DNA of 64,000 nucleotides from a virus, in the IMG/VR virus record IMGVR_UViG_3300035703_000034, positions 32,001 to 96,000 of that record; one strand, given 5' to 3'. Each line of letters starts with the position of its first letter. Position 1 is the first letter of the stretch. The notes under the pieces are model-generated. The model was not told the DNA's origin. It saw only the letters and a list, made by a program, of their open reading frames with translations, and searched no databases. This document shows, in pieces, positions 26,477 to 37,035 of this stretch. The translations under genes and the position numbers were made by a program.

Positions 26477-29400
26477 ATGCAGTATGGCAGCTACGGGGTC
26501 TATCAAGGCGGCGACGTCGTCAAGGCGGTCGACGGCAGCCACCTGCTCGTCGCCCCCTTGATCGTCAAGGCGAGCGACGGCCGCAACCTGGGCTTCGGCG
26601 CGCCGGCCCGTCGCATCATCACGCTCTTCGACGCCACGGTGCCGAGCTTCACGTTCGACGCGCTGCGCGTCAGCGACTTCGACGCCCCCGACTACACGCT
26701 GCGCATCGGCGCGACGGCCGGGGCGGCCTACGTGGTCTTCGACACCCACCACATCCAGGACGTGCGCGTCGTGCCGACGCCGACCACCGAGATGGTGGTG
26801 CTGGCCGAGGTTTCCTGGCCCGACGGGGCAAGCGACCTTGACGACCTGGTGCTCGACGTCGGGCCGCGCCAGGAGAGCCGCGTGCTCGAGACGGGCCACC
26901 CGCTGCAGGCGCGCGACCTGTACACGGCCGGGATGCCGTTCACGGACACGGCCTTCAACGCGCCGCTCATCGGGTTCGCGTTGCTCTCGGAGGTGCTGCA
27001 AGGCGAGGCGCTCGCGAAGAACTCGGACACCTTCAGCTTCGTGGTGATCGACGAGAGCGCGCTCGTGCGCAGCGAGACGCAGCTGACCGTCCAGCCCTTC
27101 CGCATGCTGCTGCGCCGCATGATCGACGGGCAACCCGTTTACCGGGCCGTGCACACCAAGACGCCCTTCGTCTTCGACTACGACGTGACCACCTTGCCGG
27201 GCGAACGCATCTACGTGTGGGCCAGCCCCGACAACGGCGAGGTCTACTCGGGCATCACCTACGACCCGGAGAACGGCGTGCTGGTCGCCTACGGCAACGT
27301 GACCACGGGCATGACCAGCCTCGCGCAGGTCAAGTTCATCTTAAGCTCGGAGATCGCGGAGTCCAACGCCCAGTCGGGTGCGACGATCGCCGTGCAGGCC
27401 GCGGCGCTGCCCTCGGGCTTCGTGCAGCCCGTGGCGTTCACCCGCTCGACGACCGTTTATCGCACGGCCACCAGCGCCGAGGCCATCGCCTTGATCAAGG
27501 GGATGGAGTTCCTGATGCCCCAGACGACGCACGTCTTCCCGGCCGCGCCCGAGACGGGCACGCGCCTGGACCTGCTGTTCGCCGAGTTCTACCGCGAGGT
27601 CGAGTCGGCCCCGCCGCTCAACCGCTCCTTCTACCTGCAGGTGCCCGGCGTCGGCTACGTCGTCACCAAGGTGCGCTTCAAAATCGTCACGGGCGTGGCG
27701 TACGCGCCCCCCGAAACGATCCTGCTCCAGTCGCTCGTCACGAACGACGCGGGCTTCGCCTACACGCGTCACGCGGGCGGCCACTTCGAGGCTCCCGACG
27801 TCCGCGCCTACGACGGCTACACCTTCGCGCTCCCGCTCGCGCTGGTCTCGCGCTTCAACCAGGCGCCCTTCTCGCTGGAGAACCTGGCGGGCGGCGGGCT
27901 CGACGCCGAGAACCAGCCGACCCGACCGGACGGCAAGTCGCACGTGCTCTTCCACCTGGACGAGTGGGAGACGCTAGCACCGCTGACAAACCTGCCGGCG
28001 CGCGACCCCGCCCAGCTCTTCGGGCGCGCCTTGGCCGCGACGTTGCGCGGCGAGAACGCCAACCAGATGGCGCCCAGCCAGCTGCTGCCCGCGTTCTACA
28101 GCAAGGCGCCGCTGCAGCAGGACGTGATTGCCCCGCTCAACGCGTCGGATCTGGGGCTGTTCACGCGCCTGTCCGCGCCCGACGGCGTGCGGCGCGAGTG
28201 GAGCGCCAACCCGCAACCCTACTGGCTCGGCACGCACTTCGTGGCGGATGCCGACGCCGTCTCGGCTCTGCACACCTACGAGGAGGGCACGCGTACGCTG
28301 ACCATCAGCGCGCCGCAAGGGGCGTTGCTCGAGGTCGGCGGCTTCGGCGGCAACCAGCCTGTCGTCGCGCTGCGCTGGGTGGAGAGCGGCCGCGTCGTCG
28401 TGCTGCAGGCCCCCTGGGTGATCGGCAACGACGGCCAGTCCGCCACGGCCATCCTGGATCGCGGCGACGCGCACTACAACCCGAGCGGCACCGTCGGCCT
28501 GTCGTTCGCCGTGCGCCAGCAGCGCACGGGCTTCATGACCCGGATGCCCCGGGCCATCCTGCGCGCGCTCTACAACGGCGCGCCGATGACGCTCGCGGAG
28601 GTCGTGGCCCCCGGGCGCACGCCCGTCTTGCCCCCGCCGCCCGCTCCGTACCACGTCACGCCCGTCGGCAACCCGCTCAAGGGCGACGCGCGCACCGTGC
28701 GCGTGCCGGTCGTGGCCGACGGCTCCAACCAGGTGCGCGTGCCCGTGACGCACGCCGAGCACGCCGTGCTCGGGCCCGTGCGCGCCCGCGTCGTCGGCGG
28801 CGCGGAGCTGACCATCAAGCATGTCGAGTACGAGGACTTCGCAGACCCCGCCGCCCAGCTGCGCGTCTGGCTCTCCGCGCCCGTGCTCGCGGGCGAGACG
28901 GTCGAGCTCGACCTCGCCCTCGGCGGCGTCATCGCGAACGTCGTGCCCCAGCACGCCGCGCTCGGCGACGTCGCCCGGGCCCGCTTCGTCCCGTTCACCG
29001 TCCAGGGCGAGACCGCCGCCGTGCGCCTGGCGCTGCCGTACAACACCGTGCTGCGCGGCAGCTTCAGCTACCAGCGCGACGCGGCGGCGCCCGCCACCCA
29101 CGGCGTCTACCTCGACGGCTGGCTCTACCCCGTCAGCCTCGCGGGCTTCGACCGCAACGTGATCGACCTGAACTTCCTGCTCTCGCCCGAGGTGTTCAAC
29201 ACCCTGCCGGAAGCCCAGCAGGCCAAGTGGGAGTCCGACCCCGAGAACGCCGCCGGCTACCGGCTGAAAGCCGGCACCTACGCGCTGCAGCTGCCGGCGC
29301 TGCTCAGCCACGCGCTCGCCGCGAGCGACGTCGTCCAGGTGCTGTACCGCTACCAGAACGCGCCCTACCTGCCTGTTTCGCCGGATGCCAGCTTCAGCTT

Positions 29401-29791
29401 GCTGCACCGCGGTCAGCTGCTCGCGACCAACTCCAGTCTCGCCAACGTGAGCACCTACTTCGCGGCGCCCGTGTGTGAGCGGCTGCCGCGCGTCCGGGGC
29501 CTCGTGAAGGGGGCCGAGGCCGCGCAGGTCGAGACCACGCTGCAGGACCCCCTGCGCGTCAACCCGCTCGGTCAGCTGCCGATCGACGGCACGTCGTTCG
29601 AGCTGAACGGGGCGCTGGACTTCGACCTCGGCGTGGTCGACCCCGACGCGGGCGTCGTCGCCTGGTTCGCGCTGGTGGCCGAGCGCCGCTACGTGAAGCT
29701 GTTCTGCTACGTCACCGAGAACGAGTCGTTCACGCTCGACACCCCCAGTCGCGCCTTCTTGACCTACTGCGACGCCCACTACCTGGTCTAG
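26477..29791 (+). CDS. Large baseplate/tail structural protein
   Basis: 1104-aa beta-rich ORF; RLDLLFAEFYRE and FALPLALVSRFN motifs seen in myophage baseplate proteins. Confidence 0.55.
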   Translation: MQYGSYGVYQGGDVVKAVDGSHLLVAPLIVKASDGRNLGFGAPARRIITLFDATVPSFTFDALRVSDFDAPDYTLRIGATAGAAYVVFDTHHIQDVRVVPTPTTEMVVLAEVSWPDGASDLDDLVLDVGPRQESRVLETGHPLQARDLYTAGMPFTDTAFNAPLIGFALLSEVLQGEALAKNSDTFSFVVIDESALVRSETQLTVQPFRMLLRRMIDGQPVYRAVHTKTPFVFDYDVTTLPGERIYVWASPDNGEVYSGITYDPENGVLVAYGNVTTGMTSLAQVKFILSSEIAESNAQSGATIAVQAAALPSGFVQPVAFTRSTTVYRTATSAEAIALIKGMEFLMPQTTHVFPAAPETGTRLDLLFAEFYREVESAPPLNRSFYLQVPGVGYVVTKVRFKIVTGVAYAPPETILLQSLVTNDAGFAYTRHAGGHFEAPDVRAYDGYTFALPLALVSRFNQAPFSLENLAGGGLDAENQPTRPDGKSHVLFHLDEWETLAPLTNLPARDPAQLFGRALAATLRGENANQMAPSQLLPAFYSKAPLQQDVIAPLNASDLGLFTRLSAPDGVRREWSANPQPYWLGTHFVADADAVSALHTYEEGTRTLTISAPQGALLEVGGFGGNQPVVALRWVESGRVVVLQAPWVIGNDGQSATAILDRGDAHYNPSGTVGLSFAVRQQRTGFMTRMPRAILRALYNGAPMTLAEVVAPGRTPVLPPPPAPYHVTPVGNPLKGDARTVRVPVVADGSNQVRVPVTHAEHAVLGPVRARVVGGAELTIKHVEYEDFADPAAQLRVWLSAPVLAGETVELDLALGGVIANVVPQHAALGDVARARFVPFTVQGETAAVRLALPYNTVLRGSFSYQRDAAAPATHGVYLDGWLYPVSLAGFDRNVIDLNFLLSPEVFNTLPEAQQAKWESDPENAAGYRLKAGTYALQLPALLSHALAASDVVQVLYRYQNAPYLPVSPDASFSLLHRGQLLATNSSLANVSTYFAAPVCERLPRVRGLVKGAEAAQVETTLQDPLRVNPLGQLPIDGTSFELNGALDFDLGVVDPDAGVVAWFALVAERRYVKLFCYVTENESFTLDTPSRAFLTYCDAHYLV

Positions 29792-29795
29792 CCCC

Positions 29796-31319
29796 ATGAG
29801 CGAGCCGTTCAAGAGCAGCGTGCAGGGCCTCGCGCCCGAGCCGGCAGGTCCCGCCTTCTTGCGGCGGCCGAGCATCACCAACGACATCACGCCCTACCCC
29901 GCCAGCCGGTCGGAGTTCACGGTCCAGCTGCGTCACCAGGTGACGTTCAACCTGCCTGCGGGCCTGCCGGACGCCAGCATGCGATCGCTGGTCGTGGCGG
30001 GGCGCACGCACTTCGAGGACGACTTCATCGTGCGCGGCCTCAAGGTCATCTGGCAGCGCGGCGTGCTGCCGCTCGGCACCGAGCTGCTGTTCGAGAGCCT
30101 GGGCACGAACCAGCGCCACTGGCGCCAGGTGCGCTTCATCGCCCGGCCCGCCGACGCGGGGCGCTTCGAGCTCTGGACGGCGCCCGCCGGCACGCACGTC
30201 GAGGTCTTCCACAACCAGCGTTACCACGACGAGGCGAGCGGCCTCTTCCGCGTGCAGGGACACCACCTCACGTGGCTCGGGCCGCTGGCGGCGGGCGACG
30301 AGCTGGTCGTGCGCTACGCCACCAGCCCCGAAGGCGCGGCGCTCTGGCACACGCACCACTGGCGGCTCGCGCCCGGGCACCCCAACCACTTCACCCTGGC
30401 GGTCGACAACCTGTCGCCTATCGGGCGCTCCGGGCGGCTGTACTTCCGCGGGCTGCGCCTGAAGGAGGGGGTCGACTACTTCGTCACGGACGATCGCCTG
30501 TGGCTGCTGCGCGAGGACCTGCTGGCGCAGCACGGCGAAATCTTGACATACGTGCAACCTACCAGCGAAACTCACTTCCAACGAATGAACGCCTCCGGGC
30601 GCATCACCTCGAACGTACTTGCGATCAGTCATCACACGATCAACGCCGACACGCCGATGGTTGCCGATCTGCGCAACCCTGGCGTCAAGGGACTTCTGGG
30701 AGTCAACGGTTTGCTGGCGGCCGAGGGGCACGGCTTTCTCCACTTGATGCACCGCTTCCTGCTGTGGCTGGACGGGCCGTACGTCCTCAAAGAGGACGAC
30801 GCGCTGACGCTCATCGCGGTCTACCCGCAGTACGCGCAGGGCGTTCACATCAGCCGCATGCCCGTGACGGAGGCGTATCCGACGTGGACGCTCGCGCGCA
30901 AGTCGGCGGACATCCGCAAGTCGCTGGTCCTCGTCTCGGCCGCCAACCGGCCCGGTGGCGCGTGCTACGCCGGCACGGGCGCGCTGGCGTTCCTCGACGA
31001 GCGGACCCTGGCGTGGCGCGGTGAGTTCCCGCTGAAGCCCACCGACATGGTGGTCGTCGTCAGCCTCGTGCACCCGGCCCTCGCCAGCAGCTTCGAGCTC
31101 GCGCAGTTCGCCATCACCGAGGCCCAGGCCGGCACCAACGTCTGCGTGCCGCTGCCGCGCACGCCGCGCGAGCCGCACGCCGTGCTCGCCGCGCTCAACG
31201 GCGTGCAGCTGGTGAGCGGCCGCGACTTCAGCGTCACGGACGCCCACTTCACCTACTACGCCGACGCAAGCGGCATCCCGCCGAAGGTCAACGATCGCTT
31301 AACGGTCTGGTTCCGCTAG
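29796..31319 (+). CDS. Virion protein with repeated small beta domains
   Basis: Repeats of the G..L..G.DY/F.V type. Confidence 0.55.
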   Translation: MSEPFKSSVQGLAPEPAGPAFLRRPSITNDITPYPASRSEFTVQLRHQVTFNLPAGLPDASMRSLVVAGRTHFEDDFIVRGLKVIWQRGVLPLGTELLFESLGTNQRHWRQVRFIARPADAGRFELWTAPAGTHVEVFHNQRYHDEASGLFRVQGHHLTWLGPLAAGDELVVRYATSPEGAALWHTHHWRLAPGHPNHFTLAVDNLSPIGRSGRLYFRGLRLKEGVDYFVTDDRLWLLREDLLAQHGEILTYVQPTSETHFQRMNASGRITSNVLAISHHTINADTPMVADLRNPGVKGLLGVNGLLAAEGHGFLHLMHRFLLWLDGPYVLKEDDALTLIAVYPQYAQGVHISRMPVTEAYPTWTLARKSADIRKSLVLVSAANRPGGACYAGTGALAFLDERTLAWRGEFPLKPTDMVVVVSLVHPALASSFELAQFAITEAQAGTNVCVPLPRTPREPHAVLAALNGVQLVSGRDFSVTDAHFTYYADASGIPPKVNDRLTVWFR

Positions 31320-31320
31320 G

Positions 31321-33318
31321 CTACATCGGGCTGCCGCCCTGGCGGCGCGGCGGCTTCTGCTCGGGCATGTTCTTGCTGACCTCGCCGCCCGCGGGCTGCT
31401 GCACGCCGGCCTGCGGAGCGAGGCCCATCTGCGTCAGCATGCGATCCATGATCGAGGCCATCAGCGGGTTCGTCTGCTCGAGCTGCGCGAAGATCTGGGC
31501 CTGCTGCTCGGGCGGCATCGTCGCCATCTGCTGGGCCTGCTGGGCGATCATCTGCGGGTCCGTCGCCTGGCGGCGCATCAGCTGCCGGGCGAGGTCGGGG
31601 TTCTGCTGCGCGATGCGCTCGATCGCCATCTGGGCCTGCTCTGGCTTGAGCGGGCGCAGCGCCTCGAAGACGCTCTCGACCTGCTCGTGCGGGATGGTGG
31701 GGAAGCCGAAGTTGCCCTCGGGCGGCAGGGCGTTGACCAGCAAGCTCTGGATCGTCTGGCCCCGGGTGGCCGCCTCCGCCTGCGCCTTCGCGTCGGCGAT
31801 CGCCTTCTCCAAGTTCTCGGCGATGCGGTAGCGGCTCTCCTCGGCGTAGTCGAAGTCGTTGAGCACGCCCAGCGTCTTGCCGGAAAGCACGCCCGACTGC
31901 CAGTAGTTGAAGCTCAGCTGCTTGGCCTGGATGTCGTCCGCCATCTTGAACTTCTTCATGTCGATCTTCACATGCTCGATGCCCGTGATCTGGCTGATGC
32001 GCTTGGCGACCCAGCGGAAGAGCCGCACGATGCCGTTAACCTGGTTGAACAGGCTGTTCTCCAGCATGCGCAGCGAAACCGACGTGCCCGAGTACTGCAG
32101 GCCGCCGCGCACGAACTCCTGCGGGACGTTCAGGCCGTTCATCAGGTTGGTCTGCACCTGCTCGAGCTCGGGGAAGAGCATCAGCGCCTTACCCTGGCCG
32201 CCCATCTGGTCGTGCGCCAGCGGCACCGGGCTCACCATGATGTAGAGGGGGTCCTTCTTCCACTTCCGGATCTCGGTGTTGAGCCGCCGACGCCAGTCGA
32301 GCAGGTCGACGGGCAGCGTGGTGTTGCCGCCCGTGTCGGAGGCCGGGAAGACGAAGCGGAAGGGCAGGATGTGCTCCATCATCAAGGCGAGCTGGGCGCG
32401 GCGCATCATGTTGAAGTAGAAGAGGTCCTGCAGGATGGCGACGGTGTTGGGGATGCCCCAGGGCGTCTCGACGCCCGGCAGGTCGAAGCTGGCGCGCGGC
32501 AGGTGGAACAGGTTGCCCTGCTTGAACTTGATCTTCGCCGCCTTGCCCCGCTGGGCACCCTTGGTCTGGCGCGCGGCGATGATGACGTCCATCGGCGTGT
32601 GCAGCAGCCGCACGCGGTTCCCCTGCTTGATCTTGCTCAGCTCGCTCTCGGGGATGGTGTAGTAGTACTCCGTCACGCCGGAGTACGGGTCGTAGTCGAT
32701 GTCGATGTTGCCCGGGTAGAAGCTGATGAGGTGGATGCGCGTGTAGTCGGAGATGAGCACGTCGTTGACCTTGGCGCGGCCCTTCTTCTCGCAGCTCGCG
32801 CACGTGAGGATGAACTGCAGCGCGCCGCGCTCCCACTCCCACTTGGCGTTCTTCGCGCGCTCCTCGCCGCCGCAGTGCTTGCACACCAGGTGCCGCTCGA
32901 AGGGCTGGTACACCGAGCAGAACACGTTGCCGTAGGTCTGGAAGTTGAGCCCGCACTTCATGGCGAACTCCTTGGCCTGCAGGTGCTCGAAGATCTTCTC
33001 CCAGGTCTTGATGAGCTCCTGCTTCGACTCCAGGATCCGGGTGTAGTCCTCGTCGTCCTGCTCGGCGTTGATCTTGGGCGTGAAGGTGAACTCCGTGATG
33101 GGGTACTCCGCCAGCTTCTCGATGGCCGGGTTGACGGCCGAGTTGGTGAGCATCGCGTGCGCGGAGTACTTGAAGAGCTCCTTGACGCTGTGCGGCAGGA
33201 AGAAGCCCTGGAAGTTGAAGAACTGCGACTGGTTGAGCATGCTCTGCTGGAGCATGGTCGAACCCATGGCGTACATGTCGCCCGTCAGGTCGTCGTGTTG
33301 GGACTGCAGCCAACTCAT
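31321..33318 (-). CDS. Portal protein with Zn-finger insertion
   Basis: 665 aa; FQTYGNVF, CKHC/CASC, PWGIP, GLNVPQEF, Gln-rich tail. Confidence 0.75.
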   Translation of the reverse strand: MSWLQSQHDDLTGDMYAMGSTMLQQSMLNQSQFFNFQGFFLPHSVKELFKYSAHAMLTNSAVNPAIEKLAEYPITEFTFTPKINAEQDDEDYTRILESKQELIKTWEKIFEHLQAKEFAMKCGLNFQTYGNVFCSVYQPFERHLVCKHCGGEERAKNAKWEWERGALQFILTCASCEKKGRAKVNDVLISDYTRIHLISFYPGNIDIDYDPYSGVTEYYYTIPESELSKIKQGNRVRLLHTPMDVIIAARQTKGAQRGKAAKIKFKQGNLFHLPRASFDLPGVETPWGIPNTVAILQDLFYFNMMRRAQLALMMEHILPFRFVFPASDTGGNTTLPVDLLDWRRRLNTEIRKWKKDPLYIMVSPVPLAHDQMGGQGKALMLFPELEQVQTNLMNGLNVPQEFVRGGLQYSGTSVSLRMLENSLFNQVNGIVRLFRWVAKRISQITGIEHVKIDMKKFKMADDIQAKQLSFNYWQSGVLSGKTLGVLNDFDYAEESRYRIAENLEKAIADAKAQAEAATRGQTIQSLLVNALPPEGNFGFPTIPHEQVESVFEALRPLKPEQAQMAIERIAQQNPDLARQLMRRQATDPQMIAQQAQQMATMPPEQQAQIFAQLEQTNPLMASIMDRMLTQMGLAPQAGVQQPAGGEVSKNMPEQKPPRRQGGSPM

Positions 33319-34085
33319 AGGGCCTCAAGCTCCTGAAGCGCCTGGTCGTGGCGCGTCTTCACGTAGGCGGCCGCAGCCGCCAGCCGGTCGTGCTGCAGCG
33401 CGGCCTCGGGCGTGAGCGGGCGCTGCGTCATGGCGTGCTGGACCTCGCGGCCGTGGTCCGACAGCACGCTGTCGAGGGCCGTCTGGGCGAAGCGCAGTGG
33501 CGCGGGTGTTTGCACCAGCCCGTCCTGGTGCAGGCTGACGGCCACGAAGACGGCGACCTCGTCGCCCCAAGGCGTGACGGGGTCGATGAGGCGCAGCTCG
33601 TCGGCGGCCCACGCGAGCTCCGCCGGCAGCAGCTCGGGCATGACGTCCGGCGTCACGGGGTGCCCGTTGAACGCCTGCGCGACCCAGGCAAACGCCTCCC
33701 AGTCCGTGAACGGCGCCGCGCGGTGCAGCGCCAGCTTGGCGGCCAGCAAGGCGGTGAGCGACCGCTCGTCGATCGCCAAGCGGTCGATGAGCGTCTCGGG
33801 CTCGTAGTCGGTCCAGTCCGGCCCGAGGTGCTTTTCGCAGTAGGCCGCGAGCGCCACGGGCGTGCGGGGCGCGGGTCCGGCCACCTTGGTGGCCGCCGTG
33901 TCGTCCTTGGTCTTGCGCACGCCCGCCGCGAGCAGGCGCGCGCCGACCCGCTCGACGACGGCGCGGCGATCGCGGCTCGCGTCCGTCAGGTCGGCCAGGC
34001 TCTTGAGCGCGCCGACGACCTGCTGGACCTGCAGCTCCCGCTCGAGGGCCTGGCTGTCCGCCGGCGCGTTAGAAACCGGGTCCAC
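33315..34085 (-). CDS. Hypothetical head-associated protein
   Basis: Coupled upstream of the portal gene. Confidence 0.6.
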   Translation of the reverse strand: MDPVSNAPADSQALERELQVQQVVGALKSLADLTDASRDRRAVVERVGARLLAAGVRKTKDDTAATKVAGPAPRTPVALAAYCEKHLGPDWTDYEPETLIDRLAIDERSLTALLAAKLALHRAAPFTDWEAFAWVAQAFNGHPVTPDVMPELLPAELAWAADELRLIDPVTPWGDEVAVFVAVSLHQDGLVQTPAPLRFAQTALDSVLSDHGREVQHAMTQRPLTPEAALQHDRLAAAAAYVKTRHDQALQELEAL

Positions 34086-35112
34086 GCGCAGCCACCACGA
34101 TCATGCGCTGCATCGGCATCGGCAGCCCGCGCAGCACGCTCGCCACCTTGCGCGGATCGTCCCAGTGGTCGAGCACCTCCGGCGCGAGGTCGGCGTAGAC
34201 GTCCTGCGCGACCTTGTGCATGAGCTCCTGGATCGAGAGCTGGACGCCGGCAAGCTTCATCGTGTCCTCGAAGAGGTCCTCCTGGACGGGCCGCCCGGCC
34301 ATCGAGACCACCGGGCGGAAGCCCGGGGCGCCTTCGAAGCCGGCGAGCTTGTCGAGCGTGGCGAACATGTGCCAGAACGGACCGTCGAGCTCGGCCGCGT
34401 GCGCGACCTTGGCGAGCTCGTCGTAGGCCTTGAGGAAGGCCGAGTCGAAGCGCGGCAGGTCGTGGTAGCCGGGCATCTCGACGCCCCGGCGCTCGGCGGC
34501 CGACTTGATGGAGGCCATGCGGTCGGCCTGCTCGTTGGCGGCCATGATGGCGCCGAGGCGCTGCCGCACGGCGTCGATGACGTGGCTGCGCTTGATCGCC
34601 ATTCCGTGCGTCGCGAGCGCGGGCGTCGGCGCGATGCCGTAAACGTCGCAGGCCGACAGCAGCTCGGCGGCGAACTTGGGCATCGCCTCGAGGTCGGGCG
34701 TCTCGGAGACGAGGGTGGCGAACTGGTGGTTCGCGAGCGCCACGGCGTCCCGCTCGGAGACGGCCGCGGCGGCCTGCTTCTCGGTGGGCGCCAGGAAGTC
34801 GGCGACGTCGTCCTCGATGTGGTGGATCTCGGCTGCGATCTTCAGGGCGTCGGCGATGGACTCGTGGTGCTGGAACGGAATCAGGTGGGCGGTCTTGCTG
34901 AAGTAGGCCGCGGACAGCCAGGTGTCGGCGGGGGTGTCGCAGGCGAACTTGCGCTCACCTTCCCAGGCCAGCATGCCCTTGTCCTTGCGGAACTCGGCGC
35001 TGGGGATCAGGCTGGCCGACTTGATGTAGTCGGGCACGCCTTCCGGGCCGCGCTCCTCGAGCAGCTCGCGCATGACCGCGCCGGTCGCGTCGTCGTAAAA
35101 GTCAATCAGCAT
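34069..35112 (-). CDS. Head-associated protein rich in KxA motifs
   Basis: KSAS, KTAH, KIAA, KQAA, KFAA, KSAA, KVAH, KLAG x2, KVAQ. Confidence 0.6.
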   Translation of the reverse strand: MLIDFYDDATGAVMRELLEERGPEGVPDYIKSASLIPSAEFRKDKGMLAWEGERKFACDTPADTWLSAAYFSKTAHLIPFQHHESIADALKIAAEIHHIEDDVADFLAPTEKQAAAAVSERDAVALANHQFATLVSETPDLEAMPKFAAELLSACDVYGIAPTPALATHGMAIKRSHVIDAVRQRLGAIMAANEQADRMASIKSAAERRGVEMPGYHDLPRFDSAFLKAYDELAKVAHAAELDGPFWHMFATLDKLAGFEGAPGFRPVVSMAGRPVQEDLFEDTMKLAGVQLSIQELMHKVAQDVYADLAPEVLDHWDDPRKVASVLRGLPMPMQRMIVVAARGPGF

Positions 35113-35122
35113 CTGCCTGCCC

Positions 35123-35530
35123 TCAAAACGCCGGAAGCCCGAGCGCGCGGCGCACGCCCACGAACACGTTGCGCTCGCGGATGTAGCACGTGGTCACCGT
35201 CTTACTGGAATTATCGCCCCGGCGACTTTCATTGACCAAAAGGGCGTAGCGCCAGCCGGTCACGCGGGCGCGCTGCACGAGGCCGTCCGCGTAGCGCACG
35301 CCGTCGTCGCGGCGCACCGTGCCGTCCGTCTCGAACAGCTGGGTCGTGACGGACTTGGCCTGGTGCAGGTAGACGCAGAGCACCTCGTCCTTGCGGCTCT
35401 TGCCCAGCATCGGGTCCTCGAGCGGGATCAAGATGAACTGCGCGCCGCGGTGGAGCTTCGGCGTCAGCAGCTCGATGAGCTCCTGCTCCGACTCGGACGG
35501 CGTGGGGGCCTCTCGCGTTTCGATCTTCAT
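35123..35530 (-). CDS. Hypothetical protein
   Basis: AGGAGG SD before ATG 35530 (MKIETRE...). Confidence 0.6.
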   Translation of the reverse strand: MKIETREAPTPSESEQELIELLTPKLHRGAQFILIPLEDPMLGKSRKDEVLCVYLHQAKSVTTQLFETDGTVRRDDGVRYADGLVQRARVTGWRYALLVNESRRGDNSSKTVTTCYIRERNVFVGVRRALGLPAF

Positions 35531-35538
35531 GGATCCTC

Positions 35539-37035
35539 CTACAGGCCCGGCCAGTTGCCGAGCTTCAAGACCTGGGCCACGGTGTTGAGCGTGCCGCGCA
35601 CGACCCCCGGGTCGGGCGCCCCCGCGCAGAAGAACACGGCCAGCGTGCCGTCGGTCGGCTGGATGTCCGGCGCGTTGGCGGCGAAGCTGGAGAGTCCCTG
35701 CTGCAGCGCGAAGTTCAGCTGGTGGTTGCCGCCCGCGCACGGGGGGATCACGAGGGTCGCGGCCGTCAGGCGCTGGATCTCGGCGAGCAGCGCGTCGTAC
35801 GCCTCGGTCTGCGTCTGCAGCACCTCCTGACGCTGCTGCGTGGTGTCGGGCCGCCGGGCCGCATCCTCGTTGAACGCCTGCTGAATCATGTTGGGCAAAG
35901 TCCCGAACGCGCGACCGGCCTCGTCGTACGCGGCCGCGATCTGCCCGGTGGCGTCCAGCGCCGTGAGCGTCGCCTCGTAGAGCACCGACACGCCCGGCAG
36001 CAGGGTGTTGAGGCTGTCGCCCACCGTGACCGCGCGCCAGACGTCCCACGTCGACGCGTCGTTTAGGCGCTGCAGCTGCTGGCCGAGCGGGCGGTCGTTG
36101 ACCTTCAGCTCGCCCACCGGGAAGCGCGTCGCCCCGCGCCGCACCTGGACCGGGTACGTTCCGGGCGTGAGCCCCTCGGTGGGCACCGCGAACTGCATGT
36201 GGCCTTCGGGCGTGAACTCCACCTCGAAGTACCGGTCGCCGATCTGCGCGCGATCCGTCTCGCGCAGCCCGACGCCCCGGATCACGAGCGTGGCGGGCTG
36301 GTCGACCGTGACGGCCTTGGGCGAGAAACCCTGGATGCGCGGGGCCGCCTCGAAGGCGAGGTTGAACGGAAAGTTCTCGGGCTCGCTCAGCAGCCGGTTC
36401 GCCGCCGAGGTCTCGAACCGTTCCTGCCACTCCGCGATCTCCTGGCTGCGCTGCGCAGCGGGCAGGTAAGCGGCGCGCAGCAGCGCGTCCTCCAGCGGCT
36501 CCATCAGCGAGTCGGCCAGCAGCATGTCGGCCAGGGCCGTGCGGGCGTACGGCACGCTGCCGGAGAGCATCAGCAGCAGCACCTTGGCCGCGTCGAACAG
36601 CACCTCCGGCTGCCCGGAGAAGACGAGCAGCAACCCGCCGACGTGGTGGGCCTCCGGGAAGCGGGGCGCGTCGGCGACGCCCGAGGGCTGCAGGGCGCGC
36701 GAGAGCGTGCGCTGGAGCTGGCCGAACCCGCCCGGCTGCGGCCGCAACACGCGGTAGTACAGGCCGGTGGACCAGAGCCCCGCGAGCGCGTCCTGGGCCG
36801 ACTGGGTCCACTGCTCGACGGGCGTGGGCGGCCGCTGCTGCTCGTCGTACCAGGCGCGCAGCCGGCTGGTCACCGAGGCGCGCTGGGCGTCGAGCGACGT
36901 GATCGCAGGCAGGCCGGTCGTCGCCACGTTCTTCGCGTCCTGCGCGAGCTTCGCGATCGCGCTGGGCGCGAGATCGCTGGTGCTCGCGAGCGGCGAGAGC
37001 GGCGTGGTGATCCAGTACGGCAGCAGCGAGGTCAT
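35539..37035 (-). CDS. Tail/baseplate-associated protein with IPT/TIG-like domain
   Basis: PRIQGFSP...TLVIRG.GL...PGTYPVQVR. Confidence 0.5.
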   Translation of the reverse strand: MTSLLPYWITTPLSPLASTSDLAPSAIAKLAQDAKNVATTGLPAITSLDAQRASVTSRLRAWYDEQQRPPTPVEQWTQSAQDALAGLWSTGLYYRVLRPQPGGFGQLQRTLSRALQPSGVADAPRFPEAHHVGGLLLVFSGQPEVLFDAAKVLLLMLSGSVPYARTALADMLLADSLMEPLEDALLRAAYLPAAQRSQEIAEWQERFETSAANRLLSEPENFPFNLAFEAAPRIQGFSPKAVTVDQPATLVIRGVGLRETDRAQIGDRYFEVEFTPEGHMQFAVPTEGLTPGTYPVQVRRGATRFPVGELKVNDRPLGQQLQRLNDASTWDVWRAVTVGDSLNTLLPGVSVLYEATLTALDATGQIAAAYDEAGRAFGTLPNMIQQAFNEDAARRPDTTQQRQEVLQTQTEAYDALLAEIQRLTAATLVIPPCAGGNHQLNFALQQGLSSFAANAPDIQPTDGTLAVFFCAGAPDPGVVRGTLNTVAQVLKLGNWPGL